From: a virus
Lineage: Duplodnaviria; Caudoviricetes
Length of the DNA stretch: 64,000 bases
IMG/VR virus record: IMGVR_UViG_3300046170_000454
Location: 1-64,000 of that record
Strand: one strand, 5' to 3'
In this document: positions 62,831 through 64,000 of the stretch, piece by piece
How the letters are laid out: each line of letters opens with the position of its first letter
Position numbering within the stretch: the stretch's first letter is position 1
The notes under the pieces: generated by a model
Seen by the model: the letters and a program-made list of their open reading frames with translations, nothing else
Database searches by the model: none
Told to the model about the DNA's origin: nothing
Position numbers and translations under genes: made by a program

Positions 62831-64000
62831 ATGTGTGGTATATTTGGATCAACAGGACACAAAGACTCGTATAAAGTCGTTAGAGAAGGGCTCTTAAAGC
62901 TCGCATATAGGGGCTACGATAGCGCAGGGATAGCCAGCTCAACTTCGACCTCAGCGGTGGTTTTAGAGAAGACTATGGGGCATCCTGAGAACCTTCCTGA
63001 AGAAGGCTCATCTACCCAATCCGCTATAGGGCATAACCGATGGGCGACTCACGGGAAACCTTCAGAGCAAAATGCTCACCCACATATGTCTATGAACGGT
63101 AAGGTGTTCCTTGTTCACAACGGGATCATTGAAAATCACCTTACCCTTAAAGAACAACTTTCAAAAGAAGGCTACCACTTTTACTCTGAGACAGATACAG
63201 AGGTTATCCCCAACCTTATTGAGAGAGAGTACAAGCTGTCGGGTAACCCTCTCAAAGCGATTGAGGACGCGATTGCGCTCTTAGAAGGCTCTTTTGCTAT
63301 CGTGTGCTTCTTTACGCACCAGCCTCTTAACTTGTTTGTAGCTAAGAAGGGAAGCCCGCTCGTATTAGGCGCTACTCAAACCTTAAGCTATTACATCTCC
63401 TCAGATAAGAACAGCTTACCTGAAGATACTTTCTTATATGCCGACCTACCTGAGTGTTGTGCGGTGGAGATTTCAGCAGGGGATCAGGTTAAAGGTGTGA
63501 TGTTCCAACCTTTTGAACACACAGATAACAACTATAGGCTAGACGGTTACAAAGACTACATGTCCAAGGAGATTGCTTCGCAAGAAACCTCCATCCCCAT
63601 GTTTATGAGCGCAAAAAATCCTTGTTACATAAGAGGTCTTTTCAAAGGTAAGGATCAGGTTATTATTACAGGTTGTGGCAGTGCTCTATATGCTTCCCAC
63701 ATGGTTTCGAGTGCTCTTGAAGCACGCTACAAAATACCTGTAAGAGTCTTAAGCGCGGGAGAGCTTCAGTACGACAAGCACATCGCAGTAGGTGAGAAGA
63801 CCTTGCTCATCGCGGTATCTCAATCAGGAGAGACGGCAGACACTCTCCGATGCGTAAAGAAGCTCGGCCTAACCTCACTCGCTATTCATAATACAAAAGG
63901 ATCAAGCCTGGATAGGTATTGCAACGCTTCCCTCTATATTGAAGCAGGGCAAGAGATTAGCGTAGCGTCTACTAAAGCTGTTACACACCAGGCTATCGCG
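62831..64000 (+). CDS. glmS: Glutamine--fructose-6-phosphate aminotransferase (partial, runs off the window)
   Basis: MCGIFG, YRGYDSAG, GHNRWATHG, NAHPH, VHNGIIEN, SETDTEV, SQSGETADT and VASTKA. Missing from the ORF track because there is no stop in the window. Confidence 0.93.
   Translation, partial: MCGIFGSTGHKDSYKVVREGLLKLAYRGYDSAGIASSTSTSAVVLEKTMGHPENLPEEGSSTQSAIGHNRWATHGKPSEQNAHPHMSMNGKVFLVHNGIIENHLTLKEQLSKEGYHFYSETDTEVIPNLIEREYKLSGNPLKAIEDAIALLEGSFAIVCFFTHQPLNLFVAKKGSPLVLGATQTLSYYISSDKNSLPEDTFLYADLPECCAVEISAGDQVKGVMFQPFEHTDNNYRLDGYKDYMSKEIASQETSIPMFMSAKNPCYIRGLFKGKDQVIITGCGSALYASHMVSSALEARYKIPVRVLSAGELQYDKHIAVGEKTLLIAVSQSGETADTLRCVKKLGLTSLAIHNTKGSSLDRYCNASLYIEAGQEISVASTKAVTHQAIA

Larger units (their letters stand above)
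1..64000. mobile_element. Segment of a large contractile-tailed dsDNA bacteriophage genome
   Basis: Tightly packed, translationally coupled ORFs. Contains baseplate (gp25-like, J-like), tube, tape measure, hub and spike genes with phage-type replication genes, and no cellular housekeeping context. Confidence 0.9.

Noticed and set aside
742-62862. Many 60-180 aa antisense or nested ORFs in the track (e.g. 12766-13209, 23696-24244, 44443-44856)
   Set aside because: They are shadows of long real genes on the other strand or frame, with no RBS or recognisable motifs.
1-64000. Stop-codon reassignment (alternative genetic code)
   Set aside because: Coding density is near complete under the standard code, TAA/TAG/TGA all end genes, and the breaks are frameshifts rather than in-frame stops.
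1-64000. CRISPR arrays, tRNAs, introns/inteins, DGR repeats
   Set aside because: Intergenic gaps are short. I saw no spaced repeats, cloverleafs, intein termini, homing-endonuclease motifs or reverse transcriptase by eye.

Overview
This window is a gene-dense segment of a large (probably jumbo) myovirus-type phage genome using the standard genetic code. Bases 1-10 kb (mostly minus strand) hold a DNA-metabolism module: SNF2 helicase, DnaC-like loader, DnaB-like helicase, a stand-alone CHC2 primase zinc finger, DUF3310, dCMP deaminase, a C39 peptidase, and a beta-class amino-DNA methyltransferase split over three translationally coupled genes. Two virion operons diverge from about 32.1 kb. The leftward one encodes gp25-like, baseplate-J-like and wedge proteins plus two very large paralogous proteins. 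The rightward one encodes tail tube, chaperones, tape measure, tube initiators, hub, spike and a ~3450-aa giant protein, and ends in a partial glmS. Main observations: (1) the tripartite methyltransferase with a free-standing target-recognition segment; (2) five structural genes each broken by one extra base at CCCTGG, always at a Pro-Gly codon pair, which is most simply a methylated-CCWGG base-calling signature, although programmed +1 recoding is not excluded; (3) strong codon-pair-level avoidance of GCWGC, GGWCC and CC(S)GG. I saw no rRNA, tRNA, CRISPR array or IS element. All assignments come from motif recognition by eye; no database search was run.
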